Below are positions 17,654-27,555 of a stretch of 64,000 nt of DNA, in pieces. Origin of the DNA: Cyanophora paradoxa CCMP329 (lineage: Eukaryota > Plantae > Glaucophyta); NCBI GenBank assembly GCA_004431415.1, contig QPMI01000514.1, positions 1-64,000 on the forward strand, in the 5' to 3' direction. The notes beneath the pieces are model-generated. The model did not search any database. It was given only the letters and a program-made list of their open reading frames with translations, and was not told the origin of the DNA. How positions within the stretch are numbered: the first letter of the stretch is position 1; every line of letters starts with the position of its first letter. A program made the position numbers and the translations under genes.

Positions 17654-17678
17654 AAAATATTTTCTCAGCTTAAAGTAA
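17654..17678 (+). promoter_or_regulatory. Duplicated 25-bp promoter-like motif AAAATATTTTCTCAGCTTAAAGTAA (second copy 24959-24983)
   Basis: An exact 25-bp match lies 9 and 15 bp before the ATGs of two unrelated ORFs. Both copies are preceded by AAAATGATTTAA. Confidence 0.7.
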
Positions 17679-17687
17679 GGTAAACCA

Positions 17688-17909
17688 ATGGAGACGCATG
17701 CTATGACTGTGTATGATAAGAACGGGAACCCGGTAGATCTCGATAAGGCGGGCTGGCGTGTCAGGGATATATATAAACAGCGGATGCGCTATAACGACGA
17801 TCCCGAATATCGCGAATTAAAAAAGAAAAAGGCGCTAGAATATTACTACCGTCGCAAGCAAGAAGAGGGCATCCATAGTGGAAACCGCGGGCGACCCCGC
17901 AAGTATTAA
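17688..17909 (+). CDS. Small basic protein with C-terminal AT-hook-like RGRPRK
   Basis: 73 aa, Lys/Arg/Tyr-rich. Preceded by a 25-bp motif shared with ORF 24999. Confidence 0.7.
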   Translation: METHAMTVYDKNGNPVDLDKAGWRVRDIYKQRMRYNDDPEYRELKKKKALEYYYRRKQEEGIHSGNRGRPRKY

Positions 17910-18088
17910 ACGCAATCCGCCGCTGAATCCATTCCTTATTTTTCAAGCGGCTTTCCGATGCATATCGGCAAGCTCCCTAATCGGTTTTAGTCATCGGGAA
18001 AAAATTTGTAGGGCATTTAAAGACAACTCGCCAAAATTTGATCAGCCTAAGAAAAATTAATTTCTTGCATAAAGGTAGAAAGCGACAA

Positions 18089-20434
18089 ATGGACACCAAA
18101 AGTAAATCGATGCTCACCAAACTCACTAAGTGGCTTCGTTCGACCGATGAGCTGGCTCAAAACCTCCTTATTCCGGTCGATCCTGTAACCAAACAACCTG
18201 AATTTCCCCATAAAAATGGAGCCTGGAACTGGAAGAAATACGAGGACGCCGTTAAGGAAAACAGGTATATTGCATGGGGAATTCTCGCTCGCAACATCGT
18301 CTGTATTGATTTCGATCAGGAGGAGGATTTCAATAAGTTCGAAGAGCTTTTCCCCAACGATTTCACAGCTGCTATTCCAATCGAGAAAACAAGCAAGGGT
18401 TATCATGTGTTCTTCGCTCGACCTCCCAAGTTCGATGAGCTGAAACTGTTTGACAAACCCGGAGCTTTCCGGGGCTATGATAAGATCGATCTGAAAACGG
18501 TTTGCTCTACCGGAACTGCCGGGGTAATTAATGTCTGCCCAAGCCCAAACAAGACATGGATCAGGGAGCCATGGGCTGCTGAATGCGAGTTAATTGAGCC
18601 ATCTGCGGAATTCCAAAGCTGGATGATTGAGAACTACAAAAAGCCGTTCGTCCGTGACATTGATCAGTCGAAGATACATGGCAATGAATTCCTTACAGCT
18701 CTCAAAGACAAACTAACTGAGTTCGGGTTCGATTTCCCAACAATCATCAGTCAAACCGAAAATGGCTACAACTTCACAGCTCAGAACAAAGGCGGAGTCT
18801 GCCCCTGCTGCACCAATTCGCATGATAGCAATAGCTGGTATGTGATTAAAATTTCAGATCCCGATGCAAAGGACAAATTCATTGTTTCGAGTTACAGTTC
18901 TCGATGCAAGAAGCGAATTATTGAGGTCAGGACGAAAACTGAAAAGGATACTGAGCTGATAGTTCTCATTGATAAGGCAATTGGATCGAATGGCGCACAC
19001 TATGATGTCGCGAAAGTGTCGCATGTAGTTCTCAAAGATGATTATCGCTACTCAAATAAGACCTGGTTCGAGTTTAATAGGGATAATGGAATCTGGGAGA
19101 TGGATGACACTGGAAAGCGAATTTATCTGGCTCTCAGCTGCAAGGTATGCCCTGTGTTTCTGTCTCGCTCATATAGCCTGGGAACAGCTGCGATGAGGGA
19201 CGAAGAGAATAGGCAAAGCTTAGAGGAAAAGGCTAAACTCGCTGTGAATATTGGCAAAAATCTCAAACAAACATCCTATCGCACATCTCTTATTACTGAT
19301 CTAATTGTAATGTTCAGCGATCCCACATTCTTTGAAAAACTCGATACTGTCACTAATGTCATTGGTTTCGATAATGGGGTCTTTGATATTAACACCAAGA
19401 CATTCAGAAAGGGAAAGCCTACTGATATGGTGAGCAAGACAGTGGGTTACGAGTATATGGCTGTCGACCGTGAGAAAGTAGCGAAAATTCAGTCAATCTA
19501 TACAGATATAATCGAAGAGTATGAGGAGCGCAATTATATTCTCGGGTCGCTTGCTTTCGCTCTCACAGGTCGCACAGATATTCAGAAGTTCAATTTCTGG
19601 TCTGGAAAGGGCGCGAATGGGAAATCCTGCATTCAAGAGATGGTGAAACAGACTTTCGGCGATTATTTCGGCTCAATCAGCATGAGCTATTGGACAAAGC
19701 CAAAGAAGAACTCGTCCGATGCCACACCCGAGCTTGCTGCAATTCTGGGCAAACGCATTGTGTTCAGTAATGAGGCGGAGGATGGTGACAAGCTCCAAAT
19801 CAGTAAGATTAAGGAAATCACAGGTGGAAATGAGATGAAGGTTCGCGCTCTCTTTAAGGATCCTGTAACCTTTATTCCCATGTGTCAAATATTCCTGTCC
19901 ACCAATGATAACCTGTCTCTCAGCAAGGCTGACGAAGCTATTTTGCGAAGGCTGGTTTACTACACATTCAAGTGTGTATTTAAGCCGAATCCCAAGGAGG
20001 GCGAAAAGAAAGCTGATACCAAGCTGATGACTCTATTGCATGATGATGAGTATAAGATGGCGCAAATGTCTATTTTCCTGGATATGCTCGCCCAACAAGA
20101 CCTTGCCACTTTGATGCAAAACCCACCCCAATCGATTGTCGACTGTGGCTCTGAGTATTTCGCTGAAAATGATAAGCTCGGCGAATGGCTCAAAAATACC
20201 TATGAGAGGACTGGAAGCCGCGATGACTTTATTTCGAGTGACTCTATTGTGAAGAAATATAGACAGGTCGATGATAAGGCGGAGCCCACAACAATTGGAA
20301 AGCGAGTTCGCGAGATATTCAATGTTAAATCCGAGCCCAAGCGGGAGAGAGGCGCACTGATGCGCGGCTATTTCGGAATGAAAGCCAAGATGCACCACCA
20401 AAACGAATTTCTAGATGATGATATCGAAGCCTAA
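18089..20434 (+). CDS. Primase-polymerase (AEP/Prim-Pol) fused to D5-like SF3 helicase
   Basis: N-terminal CIDFD and EKTSKGYHVFF (Prim-Pol). CPCC..H..C zinc motif. D5_N IGFDNGVFDI. Walker A GKGANGKS, IVFSNE, IKEITGG..VRALF, AILRRL. Confidence 0.93.
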   Translation: MDTKSKSMLTKLTKWLRSTDELAQNLLIPVDPVTKQPEFPHKNGAWNWKKYEDAVKENRYIAWGILARNIVCIDFDQEEDFNKFEELFPNDFTAAIPIEKTSKGYHVFFARPPKFDELKLFDKPGAFRGYDKIDLKTVCSTGTAGVINVCPSPNKTWIREPWAAECELIEPSAEFQSWMIENYKKPFVRDIDQSKIHGNEFLTALKDKLTEFGFDFPTIISQTENGYNFTAQNKGGVCPCCTNSHDSNSWYVIKISDPDAKDKFIVSSYSSRCKKRIIEVRTKTEKDTELIVLIDKAIGSNGAHYDVAKVSHVVLKDDYRYSNKTWFEFNRDNGIWEMDDTGKRIYLALSCKVCPVFLSRSYSLGTAAMRDEENRQSLEEKAKLAVNIGKNLKQTSYRTSLITDLIVMFSDPTFFEKLDTVTNVIGFDNGVFDINTKTFRKGKPTDMVSKTVGYEYMAVDREKVAKIQSIYTDIIEEYEERNYILGSLAFALTGRTDIQKFNFWSGKGANGKSCIQEMVKQTFGDYFGSISMSYWTKPKKNSSDATPELAAILGKRIVFSNEAEDGDKLQISKIKEITGGNEMKVRALFKDPVTFIPMCQIFLSTNDNLSLSKADEAILRRLVYYTFKCVFKPNPKEGEKKADTKLMTLLHDDEYKMAQMSIFLDMLAQQDLATLMQNPPQSIVDCGSEYFAENDKLGEWLKNTYERTGSRDDFISSDSIVKKYRQVDDKAEPTTIGKRVREIFNVKSEPKRERGALMRGYFGMKAKMHHQNEFLDDDIEA

Positions 20435-20507
20435 TTACAAATGAATTGAAAATGATTACTTTCGTGTGTATTTTTTATAACCTGCGGCAAATTGTAGTTG
20501 TTTACGT

Positions 20508-20598
20508 TGTTACAGGTGTTACAGGTTCATCCCAAACTCGGGAACCGAGACCCCCCTCCTAGGGCGGACTTTGGGATAGACCTGTAACACCTGTAACA
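20508..20598. repeat. Internal 91-bp palindromic iteron module, candidate replication origin
   Basis: Same arms and loop type as the TIR modules, 73 bp after the primase-helicase stop codon. Confidence 0.88.
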
Positions 20599-20709
20599 CT
20601 GACCATTTTCAGTAAGCCCCTTTTAATATTTGTGGAACTTTAAACATGAATATGTAAAAATTGATCATGTTATATAAGAGTTCCTTTGATTGTTTGTAGT
20701 GACTTAGAA

Positions 20710-20970
20710 ATGGAGACCTACGATGTTAATGTGATGTCCCGCGATCAATTGATTCGACTCGCTGATTCGGGTGATACAGATGCAATAGCCGAATTGCTAT
20801 GGCGAATGCACCATTTGGATGCAAAGAAACAGAAGCGCCGCGCCCATGTTATTAAAGCCGATAACATTGAGCTCACCGTTATACTTCCCGAAAATGTAAA
20901 GCTCACAGTCCGGAGCGTCACTAAGCTCACCGGGAAAAATTTGTCGGGGCGCACCATACAAAGTCCGTAA
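20710..20970 (+). CDS. Hypothetical protein (86 aa)
   Basis: ATG ORF 53 bp after an AAAATTGA motif. Confidence 0.6.
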   Translation: METYDVNVMSRDQLIRLADSGDTDAIAELLWRMHHLDAKKQKRRAHVIKADNIELTVILPENVKLTVRSVTKLTGKNLSGRTIQSP

Positions 20971-21022
20971 AATTTGATCATCGGGAAAAATTATTTTCAG
21001 ACATAGCACGACACCGAATCAA

Positions 21023-21301
21023 ATGGAAAACGATATGCAAATTAGCCTTAACGATGTTATTAAGCATTTGGCGTGGGAGAAGATGAGCCTTAGATTCCAA
21101 AAGCACGGGCGGAAATTCGAAAATGAGGTGAGTGAGCGGAAATTCGACAGGAAAATACTGCAACTGACTGAAAAGAGAATAGGAGAGTGTATTCTGGGTT
21201 CCAATAGCGCACGTAGAACTGCAAAGACATTGCATAGCGCGCATTATACGCGCCAAAGGCTCCGGGAGAAGCTGGCTGAACGCGCCGAAAATGAGAAATA
21301 A
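21023..21301 (+). CDS. Hypothetical basic protein (92 aa)
   Basis: ATG ORF 54 bp after AAAATTTGAT, directly upstream of pPolB. Confidence 0.6.
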   Translation: MENDMQISLNDVIKHLAWEKMSLRFQKHGRKFENEVSERKFDRKILQLTEKRIGECILGSNSARRTAKTLHSAHYTRQRLREKLAERAENEK

Positions 21302-21323
21302 AAATGTTCCCTTAGAGTAAAAG

Positions 21324-24300
21324 ATGCCCCGCCAAACTAATCGCCTTATAAAAGAGAAAAAGGACGAAATATTAGGCTTGTTAGGTAGTCTTTTAGTCAC
21401 TGGGGAGATCACCGAAGCCGAATATGATCGTAGGGCGGCGATCTTAGATCGAAAACCCCGCTTAGCTAACCTCGGAAATATTGCCGACGAGCTCTATAAT
21501 CGCCTGGAAAATGTGGAGCGCTTCTATACCGAAGGGCGGCGCTTAGCCGTCATAGAACCCGATGAGGACGACGGTTTCGCAATGAATAAAGCATACGCCT
21601 GGTATAGCTATAAGGCGGATGAACAGATAATCTTAGATCCGGTGGAATTTCTCACTACCATCGCTGCAAACCTGCCTGGGCGGCTGAAAGAGAGGCTGGA
21701 CGAGCTCAAAGCTATTAAGGTGCGCCTTACTTTCATCTGCCGATACGTAAAAGTGAGTGATCCTAACGTTTTTATCACCAAACACATTTACAGCGATTAT
21801 TTCGTAATCACAAGGTCGCGCAATATTCTCACTGAGTTAGTGGGTGTAGCTCAGCAAATGAATGAACAGATGATACAGGTCGACAGCTACCGGCTCAGTA
21901 AATTAGATAAGCTACATGTCGCCGTTTTGTCATATGCGCCGATGGGCGGTTGCTACATTGAGACCCCCGAATGGATTGGATTAAAGCGAGCCACAGTAAA
22001 TATTAAGAATATCGATGGTCACGACTGTTTTAATTACGCTATCCTCGCATGGCTGCACAGAAACGACATAAACAGACACAAACGTAATGATCCGTTCCAA
22101 TATAGGCGGTGGATGACTGAACTCGACTTCTCAGGCATTAACTTCCCGGTGGCTTGCGATGCTGCATTAATAGATCGTTTCGAGGACAATAATCCCGAGC
22201 TGTCAATTAATATATATGGCGCCGACAATGCGACCCAAACCTTTTATCCACTGCACATGTCAAGTAATCCGCGTCGTAAATCGAAGGTAAACCTGCTGCT
22301 GATCGAGGACGCAAACGGACAGGGTCACTATATTACGATTATGTCACTGAGCCGCCTATTAAAGACCACCTTTGATAAAGCAAACGACGGGCGCATTTTC
22401 TACTGCGAAACCTGCTTGTCCCGGTTTAGATCACAGGAGAAACTCGATAGCCACACCGACTCTAATCGCTGTATCGATTGGCGGCTGAGTAAAGGTAAAT
22501 GCCCGGAGCCCGGAAGCTTTATTACTTTCGGACTGCAACACCTAAGGAAAATGGTGTGGCTTCCTACTGTCTGCTACTGCAAGGTAGAGATGGAGTCGGT
22601 GCCGGTTCCTAATGAACCAAATCGAACCAAGCGAGAGGTAAAGTCGGTGGCACTTAATGTAGTTATGGGCTCGCATGTTGAAAATCACGAATTCGAGGGG
22701 GTGGATCCGCTGGGACAGATGTTTACCACGTTAGGGGATCTGTGTCGCGAGATGCTTAATACCCTATTTACCAACACACCTATGATTCCGCTCACAGAGG
22801 CGCAAAAGCAAGCCTATAAAATCACGAAGCTATGCTATATATGCAATCAGCGATTTACCCACGAAAACTTCCCTGTGCGGGATCACTGTCACCAAAGCGG
22901 CGATTATATAGGAAAAGCTTGCCGAAAATGCAATTTACATAGGAGGATCTCAAAGCAAACGAAAGTAGCCGTGGTCATTGATCGAATGGATGAGTGCGGG
23001 CATGCTATATTCAGGAAAATCGCACAGCAAGACGACAAGCTGCGGGTCGAGATCCTAAGTAAGAATTTCGACGAGTATCTCTCTTTACAGTGGGGACTTT
23101 ACAAGTTTATAGACGCCTCGAATTTCATGGATTTTCAGGCGTCCGATGTTAATGATCTCATGGTAAAATTCGGTAAATTCAGTATGCTCGCCCATGAGCA
23201 ATACGGACTGGATCCCACGCATTATGTGAGCGCACCGGGACTATCGTGGGACGCGATGTTAAAGCATACGAGGGTCGCGATAGAACAGATCAGCGATGCG
23301 GATCAATACGAATTTATTGAGCGGGCAATTAGGGGCGGCTTTGCGACCATGCCCACACGATATGCCGAGGCTAATAGCGAGGATAAACATATAGTGCTAT
23401 TGGATGCGAATAATCTATATGGCTATGCGCTCAGTCAGTCTTTACCGGTCGGGGACTATCGCTGGGACGACACAAGCACAGCTTTTACCGAGGTTGTAGG
23501 GCGGAGTGCATTTATAGAGGTCGACCTTGCCTATCCGGACTATTTAAAGGCTGACCATCGCGATTTCCCGCTGATCGTGAGTAAAGAGGTAATTACTGCG
23601 GACATGCTCGGCAAATATCAGCGTGGGCTTTTGGAGATTAGCGGCGAGAAGCTCAGTAAAGATCCGAAGCTGATCGCCTCGTTTACCCCGAAATATAATT
23701 ACGTGGTCTCTCAGCCGATGCTGCTCTATATGGTAAAAAAGGGGATCGTAGTTACTAAGATCCACCGTGTGCTCTCGTTTGCAACTGCTGCATTTATGAA
23801 GCCCTATATAGATCTGAACACGAAACTGCGAAAGGAAGCCCGGAATAAATTCGAGAGCGACTTTTTTAAATTGATGAACAATGCTATTTACGGTAAATGC
23901 CTGGAATCGTGTCGCGGGCGCTCAGTGGTAAAGATCGCGAATAGCACGAAGCTGTTTAAGAAATATGCGGCGAGCCCACTGGTAAAAGCGACGAATGTAT
24001 TAAACGAGACTGCGGTCGCCTTTGAAATGTATAGTAAACACGTAAAACTCGATAAACCGGTTGCGATTGGCGCTTATGTGCTGGATGCCGCGAAGCTACA
24101 TAATTATAGCTTCTTTTACGACGTGATCCGACCGACTTTCGCGCAAGCTCAGCTGCTGTTCCACGATACCGACTCGTTCTGTCTGTATATAGAGAGCGCG
24201 GATCTGGAAGCTGGCATGCGAGCGATCAGCCCTTATTTAGATTGCCCTAATAGTCCCGAGAACCGGATGGTTCCCGGTAAATATAAAAATGAGATGCCCG

Positions 24301-24587
24301 ACGTCAAGATAGTGGAGTATGTGGGGCTGCGACCGAAGCTATATGCTTTCCGCACCGAGAGCTACGACAAGGTAAAAATGAGCGGGACAGCCTCGAAAGA
24401 GGTGCATTTCGACGACTTTAAGCGCTGCCTATTTGACGGGATCACAAAAACAGTAACAGTAGTAAACAAGCAACGGCGATGCCACCACTTATATGATTTG
24501 GAGAGCAAGCGGATAGCGCTGACCCAATTCGATAGCAAGCGCTGCATATCAGGCGACGGCATACATAGCCTTCCATTCGGCTGTTAG
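21324..24587 (+). CDS. polB: Protein-primed family B DNA polymerase (Polinton type) with zinc-finger/endonuclease VII-like insert
   Basis: Motif A LLDANNLYG, motif B KLMNNAIYGK, motif C HDTDS, GLRPKLY, YGLDP..SAPGLSWDAMLK. Insert CYIC..VRDHCH..G.Y...AC..CN. Confidence 0.95.
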   Translation: MPRQTNRLIKEKKDEILGLLGSLLVTGEITEAEYDRRAAILDRKPRLANLGNIADELYNRLENVERFYTEGRRLAVIEPDEDDGFAMNKAYAWYSYKADEQIILDPVEFLTTIAANLPGRLKERLDELKAIKVRLTFICRYVKVSDPNVFITKHIYSDYFVITRSRNILTELVGVAQQMNEQMIQVDSYRLSKLDKLHVAVLSYAPMGGCYIETPEWIGLKRATVNIKNIDGHDCFNYAILAWLHRNDINRHKRNDPFQYRRWMTELDFSGINFPVACDAALIDRFEDNNPELSINIYGADNATQTFYPLHMSSNPRRKSKVNLLLIEDANGQGHYITIMSLSRLLKTTFDKANDGRIFYCETCLSRFRSQEKLDSHTDSNRCIDWRLSKGKCPEPGSFITFGLQHLRKMVWLPTVCYCKVEMESVPVPNEPNRTKREVKSVALNVVMGSHVENHEFEGVDPLGQMFTTLGDLCREMLNTLFTNTPMIPLTEAQKQAYKITKLCYICNQRFTHENFPVRDHCHQSGDYIGKACRKCNLHRRISKQTKVAVVIDRMDECGHAIFRKIAQQDDKLRVEILSKNFDEYLSLQWGLYKFIDASNFMDFQASDVNDLMVKFGKFSMLAHEQYGLDPTHYVSAPGLSWDAMLKHTRVAIEQISDADQYEFIERAIRGGFATMPTRYAEANSEDKHIVLLDANNLYGYALSQSLPVGDYRWDDTSTAFTEVVGRSAFIEVDLAYPDYLKADHRDFPLIVSKEVITADMLGKYQRGLLEISGEKLSKDPKLIASFTPKYNYVVSQPMLLYMVKKGIVVTKIHRVLSFATAAFMKPYIDLNTKLRKEARNKFESDFFKLMNNAIYGKCLESCRGRSVVKIANSTKLFKKYAASPLVKATNVLNETAVAFEMYSKHVKLDKPVAIGAYVLDAAKLHNYSFFYDVIRPTFAQAQLLFHDTDSFCLYIESADLEAGMRAISPYLDCPNSPENRMVPGKYKNEMPDVKIVEYVGLRPKLYAFRTESYDKVKMSGTASKEVHFDDFKRCLFDGITKTVTVVNKQRRCHHLYDLESKRIALTQFDSKRCISGDGIHSLPFGC

Positions 24588-24788
24588 TCGTCTATCTTAT
24601 CGTGCGTTCTTTTTCTTGGTTTGCGCTCTAATTGAAGGAGCTGTCGCCTTAGAATATGGAGAAGCCATATGCACTTTAATCCGGGGTCGTCAGGGTCGAT
24701 TAGGAAGTAATTGGGGATCGGGTGCGCGTCCCATACCGGATCATTCATTTTACTGTTTACTGCACGTTTTTATTGCGCGTTTTGCGGT

Positions 24789-24835
24789 GTTTATTGTCAG
24801 GATTTTCATTAATTATTAAAATCTCGACAATAAAC
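24789..24835 (+). terminator. Intergenic hairpin downstream of pPolB
   Basis: GTTTATTGTC..GATTTT / AAAATC..GACAATAAAC stem with an AT-rich loop. Function inferred. Confidence 0.4.
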
Positions 24836-24998
24836 GCTCAGGTAGCCTGATTTTATTGACAGTAAACGTGAGAGTCTCACCGCGGATCGTCAAAAATTGA
24901 AAGCCCCGTGGGCAACGCAAAATGATTTAAGGAGAACGCGCTACATTTAGGCAACAGGAAAATATTTTCTCAGCTTAAAGTAAAAGGCGACGGCGAAA

Positions 24999-25607
24999 AT
25001 GGCGTATCTGTTCAAAGGACAACCTATTTTCGTTTATCCTCTTTCGGATCTATCATTTAGCACCGTGGAACTATTTGATATCCTCTTTTCATTTGATACT
25101 GATCGCATGCCATTTACCTTTGTAAATACACTCTTTCGTAGAGCCGATATTCAATCTATTGGTTTCTTTATTGAAGAACCGCACAAGATAGTCATTCGAT
25201 CAATAAATAATGTGTTTGCGTATGTAAGAGCATCCAACGATGAGATATCCTATAAGTATACCATCAAGAAAGTAAATGATGAAGACGAGGGAGGATATCA
25301 ACCTGTTCTGGATTTCTGGCGTCTCGTAAGATGCACACAATATAAGATGACTGATGTAATCAAAGCCATAAAGCGTGAGCACGAACCACAGTCGATACAG
25401 CTTATCTATTTCAATGTTAAACGCAATCTGTCCACATATCATAAGAAGTTTGAAGAGCATGGACTGCAAATTACCCGCCGCACCACCTTGCGTAAATTCT
25501 TAAAAGACAATGGAGCGAAATGGAGTCGCGTTAGCCGAATGTGGTATACTGACGTTAGTAATCCTAATAGAATCGTTGCCAATATATTCTGTCCCAATTT
25601 ACCGTAA
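24999..25607 (+). CDS. Hypothetical protein (202 aa); C-terminus resembles the DUF5710 'GAKW...WY' motif
   Basis: Clean ORF with an upstream promoter-like motif. LKDNGAKWSRVSRMWY. Confidence 0.68.
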   Translation: MAYLFKGQPIFVYPLSDLSFSTVELFDILFSFDTDRMPFTFVNTLFRRADIQSIGFFIEEPHKIVIRSINNVFAYVRASNDEISYKYTIKKVNDEDEGGYQPVLDFWRLVRCTQYKMTDVIKAIKREHEPQSIQLIYFNVKRNLSTYHKKFEEHGLQITRRTTLRKFLKDNGAKWSRVSRMWYTDVSNPNRIVANIFCPNLP

Positions 25608-25670
25608 ATAAACAAGACCTTTTCTTGTCGCGTGCGAGTAAAATGTTACATTGATCTTTTTTATTGTCTG

Positions 25671-27113
25671 ATGACAAGGATGTCAAGACCGCCAATAGTA
25701 AGACGATCGCAAGATTTAGAGGGGAGCACATTGCCGATCCCCGTGCCCAAAGAGAATAAAGAGAGCCGCATAGTAAAGCGGTCTGATTTAAAGGCTTTGG
25801 TGCCCCGCGACGTGCCCGTAGCCCTTGCTGTCCCGGAGGAATCGAAAATCGCCCGGAAGTTTTATAGTCCGCAAACCGGTTTCAAAGGGATCACTAAGCT
25901 ACGGCAAGAGCTGCCCAATGAGAATTATAAGAAATTGCAAGAGTGGTATAGCCGGCAAGAGGTCGTTCAGATTAATGCGCCGCACCTATCCCGCAAACGA
26001 GACCCGGCTATACCGATCCGACAGCCTCTCGATACCTACGTAATTGATCTGCTATTCTTTCCCGCTTACTCGAAGTATAATGATAATTACAGTGCTTTTC
26101 TCACGGCTATGGAGAACACATTACGGGTCGGGTTCATTATCCCGATGCGGGATAAGTCCGCGGCGTCGACCTTAGCCGCCTTTATACAGCTGCAAAATAA
26201 GGCGCCGAGACCAATTTTTAAGATTCAAAGCGACCGCGGCTCAGAATTCACTAATAGCCTGTTAAGAGAATATTTCGAGAATCAGTTTATCGAGCATCAG
26301 ATAGCGGACACAGCCGACCATCGCGCGCAAGGGCGCATAGAAGCATTTAACAAGCAAATGCGACGGCTGATCACGAGCTACTGCATCGCTAATAATACGG
26401 CGCGATTTATAGATGTCCTGCCCGAATTAGAATATAACTATAATAATACGGTGCACTCTGCGACCGGCTATATGCCTGCGGAGACCAACGAGAGTCACTA
26501 TAAGCTTATAGTGCAAAAAGAAGATGCGAAATTCAAGAAATCGATAGCTTATTTGGATCAGATTCAGCCGGGCATGTCAGTAAGGCTACGCATCGAGAAG
26601 ACGCCGTTCGCTAAGGGCGGTAACAATTGGAGCCGAATCGTATATACTGTCGCCGCGCGCGAGGGCTATAAGTTTATGCTAACTGATCCGGACGGCAATC
26701 GCGTAGAGGGTCGCTTTGCCTTCCACGAGCTTTTACCGGTTCAGGCGGTCGATTACCTAATGGCGCCCACAGTAGATGCATTAGAGGCGGCAAAGGACGA
26801 GGCGCGCGTCGATGCGCAATTGCGTAGAGAGGGCATAGAAGCCGCCGCGACTGTGCCGCAAGGCACTCTATTAGAGGATCGCGTGCAAAAAGAGAAACGA
26901 GTAAATAAAGAATTACAGCGGCTAGTAACCGCCGCCGAGCCTAAGCTATCCGGCGGCGTGAATAGCCAACGATGGTATAAGTCGTTCTCTAATCAGACTG
27001 AGAGCTATAAAGCGCCGGAAACCAAAGCTACATTAAGAAGTAGTAGAAAAGTAGCAACGGTAGCGCCGGTAGCTAATGGCGATCGAAAAGCGACTCTGAG
27101 ACCACGAAAGTAG
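25671..27113 (+). CDS. int: Retroviral-like (rve) DDE integrase, Polinton type
   Basis: YVIDLLF (D), IQSDRGSEF (D), GRIEAFNKQMR (E), YNNTVHSATGYMP, then an SH3-like VRL..FAKG..NWS segment. Confidence 0.95.
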   Translation: MTRMSRPPIVRRSQDLEGSTLPIPVPKENKESRIVKRSDLKALVPRDVPVALAVPEESKIARKFYSPQTGFKGITKLRQELPNENYKKLQEWYSRQEVVQINAPHLSRKRDPAIPIRQPLDTYVIDLLFFPAYSKYNDNYSAFLTAMENTLRVGFIIPMRDKSAASTLAAFIQLQNKAPRPIFKIQSDRGSEFTNSLLREYFENQFIEHQIADTADHRAQGRIEAFNKQMRRLITSYCIANNTARFIDVLPELEYNYNNTVHSATGYMPAETNESHYKLIVQKEDAKFKKSIAYLDQIQPGMSVRLRIEKTPFAKGGNNWSRIVYTVAAREGYKFMLTDPDGNRVEGRFAFHELLPVQAVDYLMAPTVDALEAAKDEARVDAQLRREGIEAAATVPQGTLLEDRVQKEKRVNKELQRLVTAAEPKLSGGVNSQRWYKSFSNQTESYKAPETKATLRSSRKVATVAPVANGDRKATLRPRK

Positions 27114-27482
27114 TAGGCGCCGCGGTGCTTTCGTAGCCGCCAAATCGCGCGCTTTGCGAATCAGACCGCGCCACTTTGTAGTAGTGTAGAACTACTCTAT
27201 GCGCGCGCGGATGCAAAGTATGACTAGTGGAGCCGCACGGGAACGCGCGCCGGCGCTCAGAATGTAGCGGACACCTCGGTTTTCGGGCACTTGTGCCGAT
27301 GGCGAACTTGCGCGTCGCGCCACGGTTGCGTAAGCTAGTCAAAGCATAACCATCATGCCCGGAATCAAGTTGTGAGCACATAGCAATTGAGAGCGCGCCG
27401 AGATCGGCTTCCTGTCCAAAGTTATGCGGGGAAAACGGAAGGGGGGGTCTCCGCGAAGTCGCGATCGCCGGTGTTATCGAGT

Positions 27483-27555
27483 CGGGACTCGGGACTCGGG
27501 ACTCGAAACTCGGGACTCCGGGACTCGGGACTCCGGACTCGGGGCTCGGGACTCC
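27483..27555 (+). repeat. (GGGACTC)n-like degenerate heptamer array
   Basis: About 10 imperfect copies. Confidence 0.85.

Noticed and set aside
16251-17909. Search for an adenain/Ulp1-type maturation protease among the small viral ORFs
   Set aside because: No His-Asp/Glu-Gln-Cys pattern was recognisable. Absence cannot be proven without profile searches.
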